64,000 nucleotides of DNA from Epiperipatus broadwayi (Eukaryota > Animalia > Onychophora), in contig JAQFVV010000002.1 in NCBI GenBank assembly GCA_028023455.1, positions 3,596,001 through 3,660,000 of the forward strand, in the 5' to 3' direction. Positions 51,571 through 63,360 of this stretch are shown one piece after another (positions within the stretch are counted from its first letter, which is position 1; the number at the start of each line of letters is the position of its first letter). Position numbers and translations under genes: made by a program. The notes below the pieces were generated by a model. The model made no database searches. It was not told the DNA's origin and saw nothing but the letters and a program-made list of their open reading frames with translations.

Positions 51571-54500
51571 GATTGTTGGCATGAATGTCAGGGAAATAAA
51601 CTCCCTTTCCAGAATATATGCCATAAGGCATTGGTTCAAAATCCACTCTCCCCACATTTTATTCCTTGGTGAAACCAAGTTCCACTCAGAGTCCAGCCAG
51701 AAGATTTTGGAGGTGCTTGAAGGTCTTGGTTTCACAAAACTCACAGTCAACTACACAGCTTCTGGTGGAGTTGGCATAGTGATAAACAGCCAACAACCTC
51801 CAAACAAATTCAACATAATCTACCATGACAATAACATAATAGCAGCAAACATAAGCTATGGTAAAACAACATTTAATACAATGTACGTATACACACCCAA
51901 TAATCACTATACATACAATGAATAGTAAATGTAATCAACATGATAACAGCCAACAACAACTGGCCAACCATCCTTCTAGGTGACTTTAACACCACATATT
52001 ACAAGATGGTCTACAAATACCTTCCTCTTCTCAACAGAGCATTTATCAGCAGAGAGGGATGCTTTTCTTCTGGAGCCTTCTCCTTCTACATCAGATCATG
52101 CCAGTCTCTGATTGATCTTTTCTACATGTCGGAATTGCACTATGACTTGAAGGCCTCACTCCAGCATGTGGCTTTCTCAGATCATCTGGCCATGGCGGTT
52201 CTGATAGATGTGGAGAATCGACTAAACATTGGTCAGAATAAATCCATCAGAATGATAACCAAATCCACCACCACAGAAGCAATACCTTCTGAGGCATACA
52301 TACTATTCAAAAAAATAAACATCTTATCACAACCTCCGGAAACAGCTTGGTTTGCCTTTGTGCAGATTCTCCAGACGGTTATCCAACAATACACTAAAAA
52401 TTGAGAGGTAAGGACCTAGACAATATATACAAAAAAAATAATCAATTATCAAATCTTCCTGATGACATTGAAAGGGTACTCAGACTGAAGGCCCAATACA
52501 AATCCAAGCAGAAGATCCTGGCAGAATATATTGCTGTTAAGAGGCCGAGGTATTCCTAACCGGACAACACTGCTGGACCAGAAGCTACCTAGCATGGGCA
52601 CTGGGAGTGAAAAAAAACTGCCAACCCCATCACACTTAAACCTCAATGGAACCAACATTACAGGTCAACATATGCTTGATGTGATCAGACAGCATTTCAA
52701 GGCCATGCTTGAATCATGCCCTCTGCTTTAGGATGGCCTTTGGGATGACTGCGGTCCATTACAAGAGCATGACATAACTAAACAAGATCTCAAAGCAAAA
52801 CTTAATTCAATACCAGACAACATTCACCCTGGGATGCATGCAATCCTGAAATTCCTCATATCACATCTTAGTCAATCCCAATAATGATGGGAATGATCAA
52901 CCTCCTATCGAAAGATAGGAAAATTATAAAGAATTTATACCCAATAGCACTGGTTCCATTCATGAAAAAGAACAAGGACCTCACCCAAATATCCAACATC
53001 AGACCCATCTTTATGTCCCCTCTACTTATCAAAATAATAGAGGGAGTCATTAAGGACAAGATCCAATCCATTATCCTTAACCAGCTCGCTCCATCTCAAT
53101 ATGCAAAAAAAGGATCATCTGCTCTGACAGCCATGGGTGAGACTAAGATACTACTTGACCATATTAGGTCTCATAGGCAGTCAAGACCCTTGGCAGTTCA
53201 ACTAGATATATCAGAAGCATTTGATACAGTAAACATGAGTACTGCTACAATCTCTCTCAGATATAGACATTCCATCTGAGACGATACAAATCATAGAAAA
53301 TTTACTAATCAATAGAGAGATACATATCTCACTAAATGGCATAATGACTGAGGGATTCACCTCCACATCATCTATTTCACAAGGCTCGCCTCTCAGTGCC
53401 CTGCTATTTGTGCTATATATAAATCCACTTCTCAGGAACATAGATTCTTTACTACCCTGAGTCTTCATTCCAAAATTGGAAAAAATAAATAAAAGCACTA
53501 GCATATATGGACGATGTACTTGTCATCCTTCCATCCAAGAAATACCTACCACATCTATATCACATCATCAACTCCTTCTCTAACGTTTCCAGCCTCAAAA
53601 TCAACACCAGAAAATCATCTACCTGGTGCATCCTAACAGGAAAAAAAATAGCATCAAACTATCATGCTGATCCTCAAAAATTTCTGGGATTTCCAATATA
53701 CAAATCCCAAACAGCCATGTCGAAAGAACTCCAAGATAACATAATTCAAGCAAACGAAAAAATAACAAATACTCTGTCAGGAGTCTATCTATCTCTACAG
53801 GGAAAAGTGGCTTTATTGAACATGAAGGTAATGAGTAGAATTGCCTACTATTTGCCTGTTATGTCCACACCTAACTCCTTCATTAAAAAAATCAACAGAC
53901 TATATGCAAGGCTCTTCTGGAGGAATAAAACAGTGGCCATCAGCATAGACAAAATGCAGTACCATCGCAAATATAATGGTATGTCACTACATGCCATCCC
54001 AGCCATACTTATACAAAAAACACACACCCTTCTACACAATCTAGGAATCAAATATGGCTACGCACAAATACTAGCAGCAGTACAGCCAACAGATACACCA
54101 CCTCCAAAAAGAAATAGCTGGCTTGATACAAAAGCTCATAATATACAGTGCTATGATGAAATCACAATAGAACGGCTAAAAAAAAAAAAATATCTGGGAA
54201 GCGCATCAGTTAATAAACCCAGATCCACACATCCAAAACCCAAAACTGGGCTTAACCAACCACAAGATAACCTCGTCATTTAAATACTGGGCTCTGGAGC
54301 CCAAGTACCTTGATTTCGTAATCAAAATAAATCTTGAAGCTATGCCAACTCTATCCTTCCTTTGTCATAGACGGCATATTACAAAAGTAGATCCGATGTA
54401 CCCCAGATGTCATAGGGAGGAGGAGTCCTACAACCACATCATTACAACATGTAATGCACTGGAAACAGTGAGACGAATAATATATAACAACATCAAGACA

Positions 54501-54710
54501 GACTACTACACTATAATCTCACTGTAAAAAAGTATCAAAACTAAACAATACCCAGTCATCAGATTATCAATTTTTATAACATATTCAATCTGGTTTGTGA
54601 GGTGTAAAATGACATATACACAGCCTCACCCAGATCAAAATGCTTGCTTTATGAAAACAATGGAAAAAATTAAGAAGAGAGATCAACTATTGTCATCAAA
54701 ATTTATTTTT
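51560..54710 (+). pseudogene. LINE ORF2 (APE endonuclease, RT, C-terminal Zn finger), disrupted
   Basis: KIVGMNVREI, LFLGETK, LLGDFN, IDLFY and SDH (APE); NIRPI, LDISEAFDTV, QGSPLSALLF and YMDD (RT); PRCHREEESYNHIITTC. The ATG at 51560 overlaps the ORF1 stop at 51568-51570. Confidence 0.9.
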
Positions 54711-55038
54711 GAAGAGACTTGGAAGCTATACAAACTTCCCAACCACTCAAATATACATGAATAATCACATCATCTGTCAACATTGGTCAATACTATATAA
54801 TTTGAGTCTTTCAAATTTCAGTTGTTTAACAATAGTCTCAATCATTTCAAATGCGTGTTGTTGGTTTTTTTTTATTCCTTTAATTATGTTTTTTTATACA
54901 AAAATGTAACCTTTATTAGACCTAATAAAATTTGTTTAAAAGTAAAAGCATGGTTTCCGTTACATTAATGTACATATATATTCAAATGCATAGATAAACG
55001 TGATTTGGGTTTAAATATATTTCAAGTTTAATGGACTA

Positions 55039-55149
55039 GTCTTGCGTTGTTAGCCGAGAGGTATCGCAGCCGCCATGTAAGCAAGTAGTTGGTTGCAGAC
55101 GGTTGTGGGTTCGCGTCCCGGCCGATACTATGACATATGAAAAAAAAAA
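55039..55149 (+). mobile_element. Young tRNA-derived SINE (Gly-family variant with an extra internal segment)
   Basis: Perfect 15-bp TSD AAGTTTAATGGACTA (55024-55038 / 55150-55164), A box TAGCCGAGAGG, B box GGTTCGCGTCCC, TGACATATG + poly(A), CpGs intact. Confidence 0.9.
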
Positions 55150-57241
55150 AAGTTTAATGGACTACATGTTTTAAGATGTAAAATTTTAATTAAAAATATC
55201 ATTATGATCACAAAACAATACGCAATCCAAAATAAGATAATTTATATATATGTATATTCCTTCAAACCTAAAATAAAATAATAAATTATGAGAAAATAAT
55301 AGCATGATTTATTTTCAAAATTTAATGTATATATATCAAGAAATCTGCAGATATAAAAAAAATAATATTGATATTATGTTTATTTTAAATGAAAATAATG
55401 TGAATTTTTATTCATTTATTTATTATCTTCTTAAACCAATTCTTTTTTAAAAAATAGAAAAGTAATCTCAGTGTTTGTTACATAACATCTCAAGTTATAA
55501 TTGAAAGAAAATTAAAAAAAGACCATTGAGAATTGATTAAAGTAATTAGTTATCTTTATGCAAGAAGTCATTACATAAGCTAAATTTGAATAAGATTAAT
55601 AAGCAATTTAAAATTATTATCTTTATAGATGTCACTAGTAATAGAATAACAATCAAACATTTATTACGTTTTTTTTTTAAAGCATAAGAGAAAAATAAAA
55701 ATAGTGGTAATAAATGCTTGTAGACTCAATCAATTGTATAGAAATTTTATTAATGATTTAGTTTTTATTATTTAATAACTTTTGCTGTTTTTCTTATAAT
55801 TTTCAGGCTATATATTAATTTAGAGTTTATAGGTCAATATTTGTCATTCTTCCACTGCACTAAACCACACAATATTTGTTTGTTTGTTTTTTTCATTTAA
55901 TACATCTATTTAAAAAGCAATTAAAGTAATTTAAAATTGTTGAATAAAATTAGGCTTTCATTTTGTGGCTTTTAGATTTGAAGACAAATGTTACAGCTAT
56001 CTTTTGAATGAATTAACCTATAGAAAAAGGACAGAAATATTCATAAATAATATGATGGATTATAGAAGGTTTGATGGCAATTGAATAATGAAGGTAATTA
56101 ACATTTATTTTACTATTTAAAATTAATCTCATACAAGATATGTCATGAGTACAAAGTCAATAACATATACTATTTGCCTGCTTGCCCTATCCTTTTGAAT
56201 ATACTTATTAATTCATTTTCTGGGTAGTGTATAAATTGCTAAAAACATGAGTGAACCAGTCCCAGCTGACCAATATTAATTTTGCAGGATCTTATGCTCA
56301 GATCTTGACTGAAAAATCTTAGAGAGCTCTTATTCTTTTTGTTGACAAACATAAATAATATGCTGAATCTATGTGAAATAAAGCATATCTATGTCTGTTA
56401 ATTACTTTTGTATTAAATTTCCATAGGGATATTTTATGTAAAATTTATTGAAAAATAAAAAAAAAAAAATTTACTATTAATATAGAATTCAAACATTTTC
56501 TTCTACAGGAGGCTTAAGTATATTTGCACAAAAACAGATATATTAAGATTCATCTTCATATCATAAACTTTTTCACATATAAAATATATATGTAACTCTC
56601 AGCCTAATATAATTAAATAATCAATAAAAAACAAAGTGTATGTCATAAGTAGTCATGACCAATCCCTTTTAAAATTCTCATCATTTAATCATTAATTTAG
56701 AAATTTTACTCCTCTTAGATAATTTATTTGGTACATTAGACTTAAAAAAACAAGAGTGAATTATTATTTTTATTTGCTATGTTTTTACTTGAAATTTACT
56801 CTGCCAATTTAGATAATGCAAAGTTTTATTTAAGAAAATTATAATACTGAATACACATGCTTAGAAGTGTATTTATTTAACCTTGCAGGTTTAAAATAAT
56901 AATCAACATTTAACAAATGATGATCTATATAATAAAATTAATTTTTTTTTCATTTTAGAAAGAAAAAATACATATAAATAATAATAGATTTGAAAAAAAA
57001 TTAGAAAAATTAAAATTCATAATTTTTATATTTGATTAAACATTATTAGGCCACTAAAAATCAGGAGTTGATAAATTATTTAATATGATTCTAATCTTTG
57101 ATTATTATTTTTTTCAAATGGCCACTTTCCTTTAAATTAATATTAAATAATTAAGTCTGTTGTAATAGTGTAAAGAACTTCTGCAATCCACTTGAGATTA
57201 AATTCAGATTCTTGCATAGTTATTCTTTTAATATTACTTAC

Positions 57242-57311
57242 ATGCCTTTGAATGATCATTCCACAGGATAAAAGGGTTTTAAGGAGTTGGTTGGACTCAG
57301 AAAAGTCAGAT
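57242..57311 (-). CDS. Candidate host exon (SDFSESNQLLKTLLSCGMIIQRH)
   Basis: GTAAGT donor and an open frame with GC above background; the acceptor context is weak. Confidence 0.3.
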
Positions 57312-59149
57312 CTTATAATATGTTTATTCTGCTATTCTACATTTTTCATAGTCAATAAAAACTTTTTTTTATCTCTATTGATAGCAAAACAACAACAAAA
57401 CAAAATTTTTGAACTCAGCATTAATTCCAAAATTAACCTGAACAATAATCTATTAAATAATTTTCACTTACTAAAAATAATAAAATAAAAAATATATAAC
57501 TAAGTGGTTGTTTACAACCTAAAAAGTATTTTGTCTTTGTTCCAACAAAAACAATCATAAAATAAATATAATTATATTTTTATTTTTAAATTTATTATTA
57601 TTTCTTTTTCAATTAATATTATAATAAAATTTACTCAGTGCAATATATGCCATCACACAGAAATGCACATTTATATCCCACTTTATCAACACATTTTTTT
57701 AAAAATTAAGTGTTAGGACAATTAAGATGATTTCATTTGAGATGATATGTGAATGATATATGGTAGTCTAATACAGACAGAAGAAGTTAGTGAATATAAT
57801 TTATAAACATGAATTAATAACTAATAATAAAGCAATTATATATTTATATGTAATATTGTGGGAAAAACTAGTTTTCACACTATAGAAATGCCATACATTC
57901 CCATCAATAAACATTTTAAAAGCATAGGTGATCCATCTATGCTTAGAGTTTATTCTTTAAATGAACTCATTTTTATTGGTCATGCCAAAATTGGGACTTG
58001 AATGTATTATGAGCCTGATTTTTAAATTAACAAATTACTTGCATGAGTTCAGTTTATACATCATGGGAAAGAGAAAGTTTCTCATTATCAATGACACTGA
58101 ATATTATTAGTTTGAATATATATAATAAATATATTCAGTTTTCATTTATTTAACTTTTTTTTTAAAAAAAAAAACGTTTCTGTTTATTATCCCATTAAAT
58201 AAATTAATTTTAGTATATATAATTTTGCTGAATAAAATCATTTTTATAAATGAGTTAAAATAATTTTTATTCATGAATGAAGAAATACATATATAACTCT
58301 GAAATATTCAATTTATCAAATAAATTTTTATCTTTTAAATTACATTGTACTAGAATGAAATGTGTGATGCTAATATATACTATAAATAGCCTCATGTTAG
58401 TGCATCACATAAGTAACAAAGTAAATATAAAGTAAATATTGATTAGCTAATAATAACTAATAATGATAAACATATCTTACACTGTGTTGTTATTTTATTT
58501 AAAGAACGAAAATATTGATATATGTGTATATGATGATATTACTGAGTACAGTTATTTATCTGGTCATCACATTGGGCAACAAATTTACACTATAAATGAA
58601 TAATTAAATCAATAAATAAATACTAAAAAAATGTTACATTAATGTATATTTTATATTTAATATGTATTCACTAACATTGTTAGCTAATATTAATTATGTG
58701 TAACCATCAAAACATTCTTTGTCAATCTTCTTTATTATGTAGGGAGTCTAAAGTTACTTCTAGCAACACCATAAAGTCATCATTATCCTGATGAAGATTA
58801 TAAATGATCAACCATTTATTTAAACTTTAGAAAGAATGGCATAGAATTCACACACAGAGACTTATTATCATTTTACGATGTATAGTTTCACATAAATATA
58901 AAAATATATATATAAAAACAAGATATGTAGAGCAAGATTGCAGGCAGCAAACTAACTTTAATTAAATATAGAATATACATTATTTGGATAAGGAAAATAA
59001 TAATAATTTAAATCATTTATTAATAGATTACTGTGGTAATTTAATAACTAGATAATCTATTTGATTCTGATATCAGATGAATGTGAAGTAATTATTAATG
59101 TATACAAATGTGGAGACAAAGCAATACAAGAACAATAATTATTTGTTTG

Positions 59150-59290
59150 GTTTGTATAGGAGATTTGAACTCACTTTCAAGCAACCTTCAACTATTGACA
59201 CTATCTCATACTACTGATACACATGACCACACACATGTAGAAAAGATAAATAATCACCAATACTTTAGTGCTGAACCAGCACTCATCATT
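59150..59290 (-). repeat. Family A copy, partial, core decayed
   Basis: Minus: ATGATGAGTGCTGGTTCAGCACTAAAGTATTGGTGATT ... GTTCAAATC. Confidence 0.8.
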
Positions 59291-59340
59291 ATGTTTATTA
59301 ATCAATATAAAAATGATCAGATTTAAACTTAATATATCAA

Positions 59341-60244
59341 ATATGGGTACTGTGGTATTAGAGCTGTGACATGAAGAATTACAATTATTTAATCATTAAA
59401 ATAATTAGATTATTAAATCAAAAACATATTTTAAATCTACATTAAAAAAACAATTTAACAAAAAAAAATACGAAAAGCATTAATGTGAAGAATAGTTAAA
59501 ATGCATGTTTAAATCAAATTGAGTGTGTGTTTGCACATGCATAATCTATTTTAATACACTGTACAGGATTACACCTGCATTTATATATGTAATATATGCA
59601 GGATTCGAACTCAGACTTCACACGACCTACAACTCTCAGTGCCATCTTATATTGCTGACATCTGATCACACACATGCTGAAAGAATAAATAATCACCAAT
59701 ATATGTATTTCGTGCTAAACCAGCACCCATTAAAGTATGAAGATTGGTACCAGCACTCATTAAAGTATGAAGATTGGTTATCTTAATATAAAGCTGAGTA
59801 CTAATTGTATATATGTGTGAAGATGGTAATCTGAACCAACTGATGAGTGCTGGTTTAGCACGAAATACATATATTGGTGATTATTTATCTTTTCAACATG
59901 TGTGTGATCAGGTGAGTCAGCAATATAAGATGGCACTGAGAGTGAAAATCTGAGTTCGAATCCCGCATATATTACATATATAAATGCAGGTGTAAGCCTG
60001 TACAATGTATTAAAATAGATTATGCAGAATATGCACGTGCAAACACACACTCAATTTGATTTAAACACGCATTTTAACTATTCTTCACATTAATGCTTTT
60101 CGTATTTTTTTTTGTTAAATTGTTTTTTTTTTAAATGTAGATTTTAAAATATGTTTTTGATTTAATAACCTAATTAATTAATTTATACGATTAAACGATT
60201 ATAATTCTTCTTGTCGCAGCTCTAATACCACAGTACCAAAATAT
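59341..60244. repeat. ~900-bp palindrome: inverted family A pair plus ~230 bp of shared tail, with a 30-bp tandem duplication at the junction
   Basis: Arms 59341-59730 and 59760-60244 are reverse complements. The unit ACCAGCAC(C/T)CATTAAAGTATGAAGATTGGT is at 59719-59748 and 59749-59778. Confidence 0.9.
59821..59890 (+). ncRNA. Type I hammerhead ribozyme, intact core (family A)
   Basis: AATC tga ACCAA CTGATGA GTGCT GGTTT AGCAC GAAA T ACAT A TA TTGGT GATT. All core nucleotides are present, stem II is 5 bp, stem I is bulged, stem III is short. Predicted AUA cleavage after 59873. Confidence 0.85.
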
Positions 60245-60899
60245 GAAATTTAATTGCTCAAATTGTTAATTAGGCCAATAATTCTAGGAATACGAATTTT
60301 ATAAAATAAAATAATTTAATTACAGCTTCATAATACATGTTTGTATGATTACAGATACAATAGCTATGTTTAACCCTATAATAGTTTACATATATAATCA
60401 ACAAGTATAGTATATGATTATTATTTAATAATGAAAATTCAAAAATATGTCAGCTATATTAGCATATATATAATTTTTAATAATTAATTTAATCAAAATG
60501 ATATTTTAAAATAGATTTAACTAAGAAAATTCTCTTATATTTAAAACAATCTTTAGAAAATAATGTATACAAATATTTTTGTTGTTAATGAGATTCTTGA
60601 GGCTAGACTAAAAATAAATGCATTCAGCAGATGAAAAGTTTTTACTTAAGTTTGTATTATCTTTTTCTCAATTAGTCCATTTTTTTTTTTTTCCAGAAGT
60701 TAATTTATACAGACTTCATTCTTTTTAAAATAATTCTTTTCTTTATAAGTCAGACAAACAAAATTATTTTTCCAAGAAATGTTAATTTTCCTGTCATATA
60801 GATTTTAAATAATACATACCACACTTATTCAGTTCATATAATAATTTATTTGTAATGATAGTTGGCTTTCAGTCTATATATTTGTCATATCCAAAAGGC

Positions 60900-61031
60900 T
60901 GACTATTTAAAGGCAGATCCCCTACCTTACTGGAAACACGCGGATTCCTTGCGCGAACCCCAGTGAAGGTTTTAATCCCGTTGGATAGCAACTGGGTGCT
61001 AGTCAATTAGATAAGGAATCTAGAATAGTCC
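60900..61031. other. GC/CpG-rich, self-complementary island of unknown origin
   Basis: Nested stems GACTATT/AATAGTC, CCTTACTGG/CCAGTGAAGG and CCCGTTG/CAAC-T-GGG; alternative pairing GATTCCTT/AAGGAATC. Confidence 0.45.
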
Positions 61032-62039
61032 ACTTCTGAAGGCAGGGTCAGATATAACATCATTTCTATATGTGCATATATTTAAATGAATGATTACTTT
61101 TTTAATATATTTGACTGGTAGTCATATTTTATTTTCTCCTTTGCATGCTTATATATACACATGGTCTTTCAAACATAAATAACTTAGGTAATGACTTATT
61201 TTATTAATGGGAAGACACTAATTAAGTTATGGCTACATGGTCTATATAAAATAATTTCGTGTTAATGGTAATTATTGTAATCCTAGCAATGTATGAATAT
61301 GATTTTCACAACGAGAGTGTTATTAATTTGCTTTTCCTCAACATTTAAAAATGTTGAATGGTGTAATGTCCTGTTAGCAAAATAAATATTCTTGTTAGAT
61401 CAAGCTGATGAGTTAATATATGCATTAGTATTTATAATTAATTGTTAAAGATTGTTTAGATGTCTCAGAAAATGATATTAAAAAATGACTTATCATTTTA
61501 GTTAATAAAAATGCTCATAATCTATTAAGTAAAATAGTAATTTTTTTCATTTGTTTATATTCCTTTCAATATGGAGCACAAATTAAATTTTAGTTAACAT
61601 TTATTTTTTAATATGAAATAAACAAGATTAGCCATTATATTTATATAAAAGCAAACTTTTTATTTTATTTCTAAATATATGTATATATTATTTCTGGTAA
61701 ACAATTTAAATAATTTATCCGTGGACTTTATTAAATTCAAACTAAATAAGCTGTTTCATTAGCACAAATGTTCTTACGTTTAAATATTTATGTATAATAA
61801 AATATTATTTATTTGCATATCTATTTATAAATGTTGTTATTTAAGTATTTATATCTAATTTCTAGCGTTGTGGCATTTCCTTTTTTATTATTATTAAATT
61901 TTTTTATCTGTACACACATACAAATACCAAGTTACTTTTTCTTTTAAGTGTGTATTACAGATGTTTCAGTCTCAATATAAACTCCACTATTTGTTTATTG
62001 ATTGCTTTTTTTTTTACAGTGTTTATATATGTATATAAC

Positions 62040-63360
62040 ATTATCATCATTTTCAACCATTATTTTTCTGATTTCTAATCTCTTTTCTCCACATTACACC
62101 AACAAACTTCCAAATTTCATTCATCCATTTCACATGTGATTTCTTTGTAAATTTTCTCAATTCAATTATATATTTATTATTAACAGTTATATATGTTCAG
62201 CCCTGCTCCATTATAATCTCTTAACTCTTTTAATGATGCTGGTAATAGTTGATTGTTCTCTTAGCCTTGTATTTTGTTTTTTTTCTTGCTATATCTAAAG
62301 TACCTATTTTTATATTTGAGCAGTCTGGACTCTTCCTATTAATCTTCTGTTAAGTATCCAAGTCATAGTTCTATAAGTAAGAAGAAGGAAAAAATGTGTC
62401 AAATATTTATTTTTTTAAAACATAAGCATATTTCCTTTTAATATTAAGTTATTTTTATTAAAAGTGCTTCCATGTTCAATTCTAAAATTCATTTCACCTA
62501 CTATATTTTAATTCATATTAATAAACTGACCAAGATATTTGTAATTGTTAACTAATTTGAATTCATATTATAAATCTTTATTTTCCATATCTGTAAAAAT
62601 CCATTGAACATTACTTATTCTTTTAGCATTTATCTTTAGTCCTAAATTTCTTGCTTTCATCTGATAAAGATTGCAACATTTTTTAAAGTCATAAAGCATT
62701 ATTTGCAAAAACATCTACATCATATGAAAATTTAGATGATTTAACCTATATTTATTTAAATTTATTCTCTTAGCTTCATAATTTAATCCACAAAATAGTT
62801 ATTGTAAAACTGCGGTAAAGATTCTGGAGAAATGAAATCACTCAATCGTACACCTTTCTCAATATCAATCTTCTTAGAATTACTGTGTAATCTCATCATT
62901 GCTGTTGTATATTGATAAATATTTTTTAGAATATGATAATATCCCAGATCTACATCTTGATAATACAATGTTTTGATCTGAAAAAAATTTAATAGAACAA
63001 AATGCCTTTTCATTATCTACAAATCTAAAGAATAATAGAAATTCATATTCATTGTTCCTTTTTATAACTTTTCTCAATATTTGTATAACATCCACTGTGC
63101 TGAAAATGCTTTTAAATCCAGTTTGTTCATTTTGGTTGATTAAAATCTAAAGTTCACTATAGATAAGTTACAATTATCTTGGCAAAATTTTTGTATATTT
63201 CGAATATAACTGATAACAAGGCTGACAAAGCTAAAGATTTCAATATCTTCTTTATTATCTTTCTTAAAAATCAATATTACTACTGTATTCTTCCAATCAT
63301 TTTATACATCTTTTATCATTTTGACATCCAGCCTATAACCTTGCCAACATTGCTACTGAA
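62040..63360 (-). mobile_element. RTE-clade LINE, 3' fragment (decayed RT)
   Basis: Minus: LDFNQPNEQTGFKSIFSTVDVIQILRKVI...FVDNEKAFCSI, GVRLSDFISPESLPQ; homologous to 25.5-26.1 kb and 2.8-3.7 kb. Confidence 0.85.

Larger units (their letters stand above)
50220..54945 (+). mobile_element. L1/Tx1-clade LINE, near full-length, multiply frameshifted
   Basis: Two-ORF layout with APE, RT and zinc fingers; T-rich 3' UTR and AATAAA at ~54925. Confidence 0.9.
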
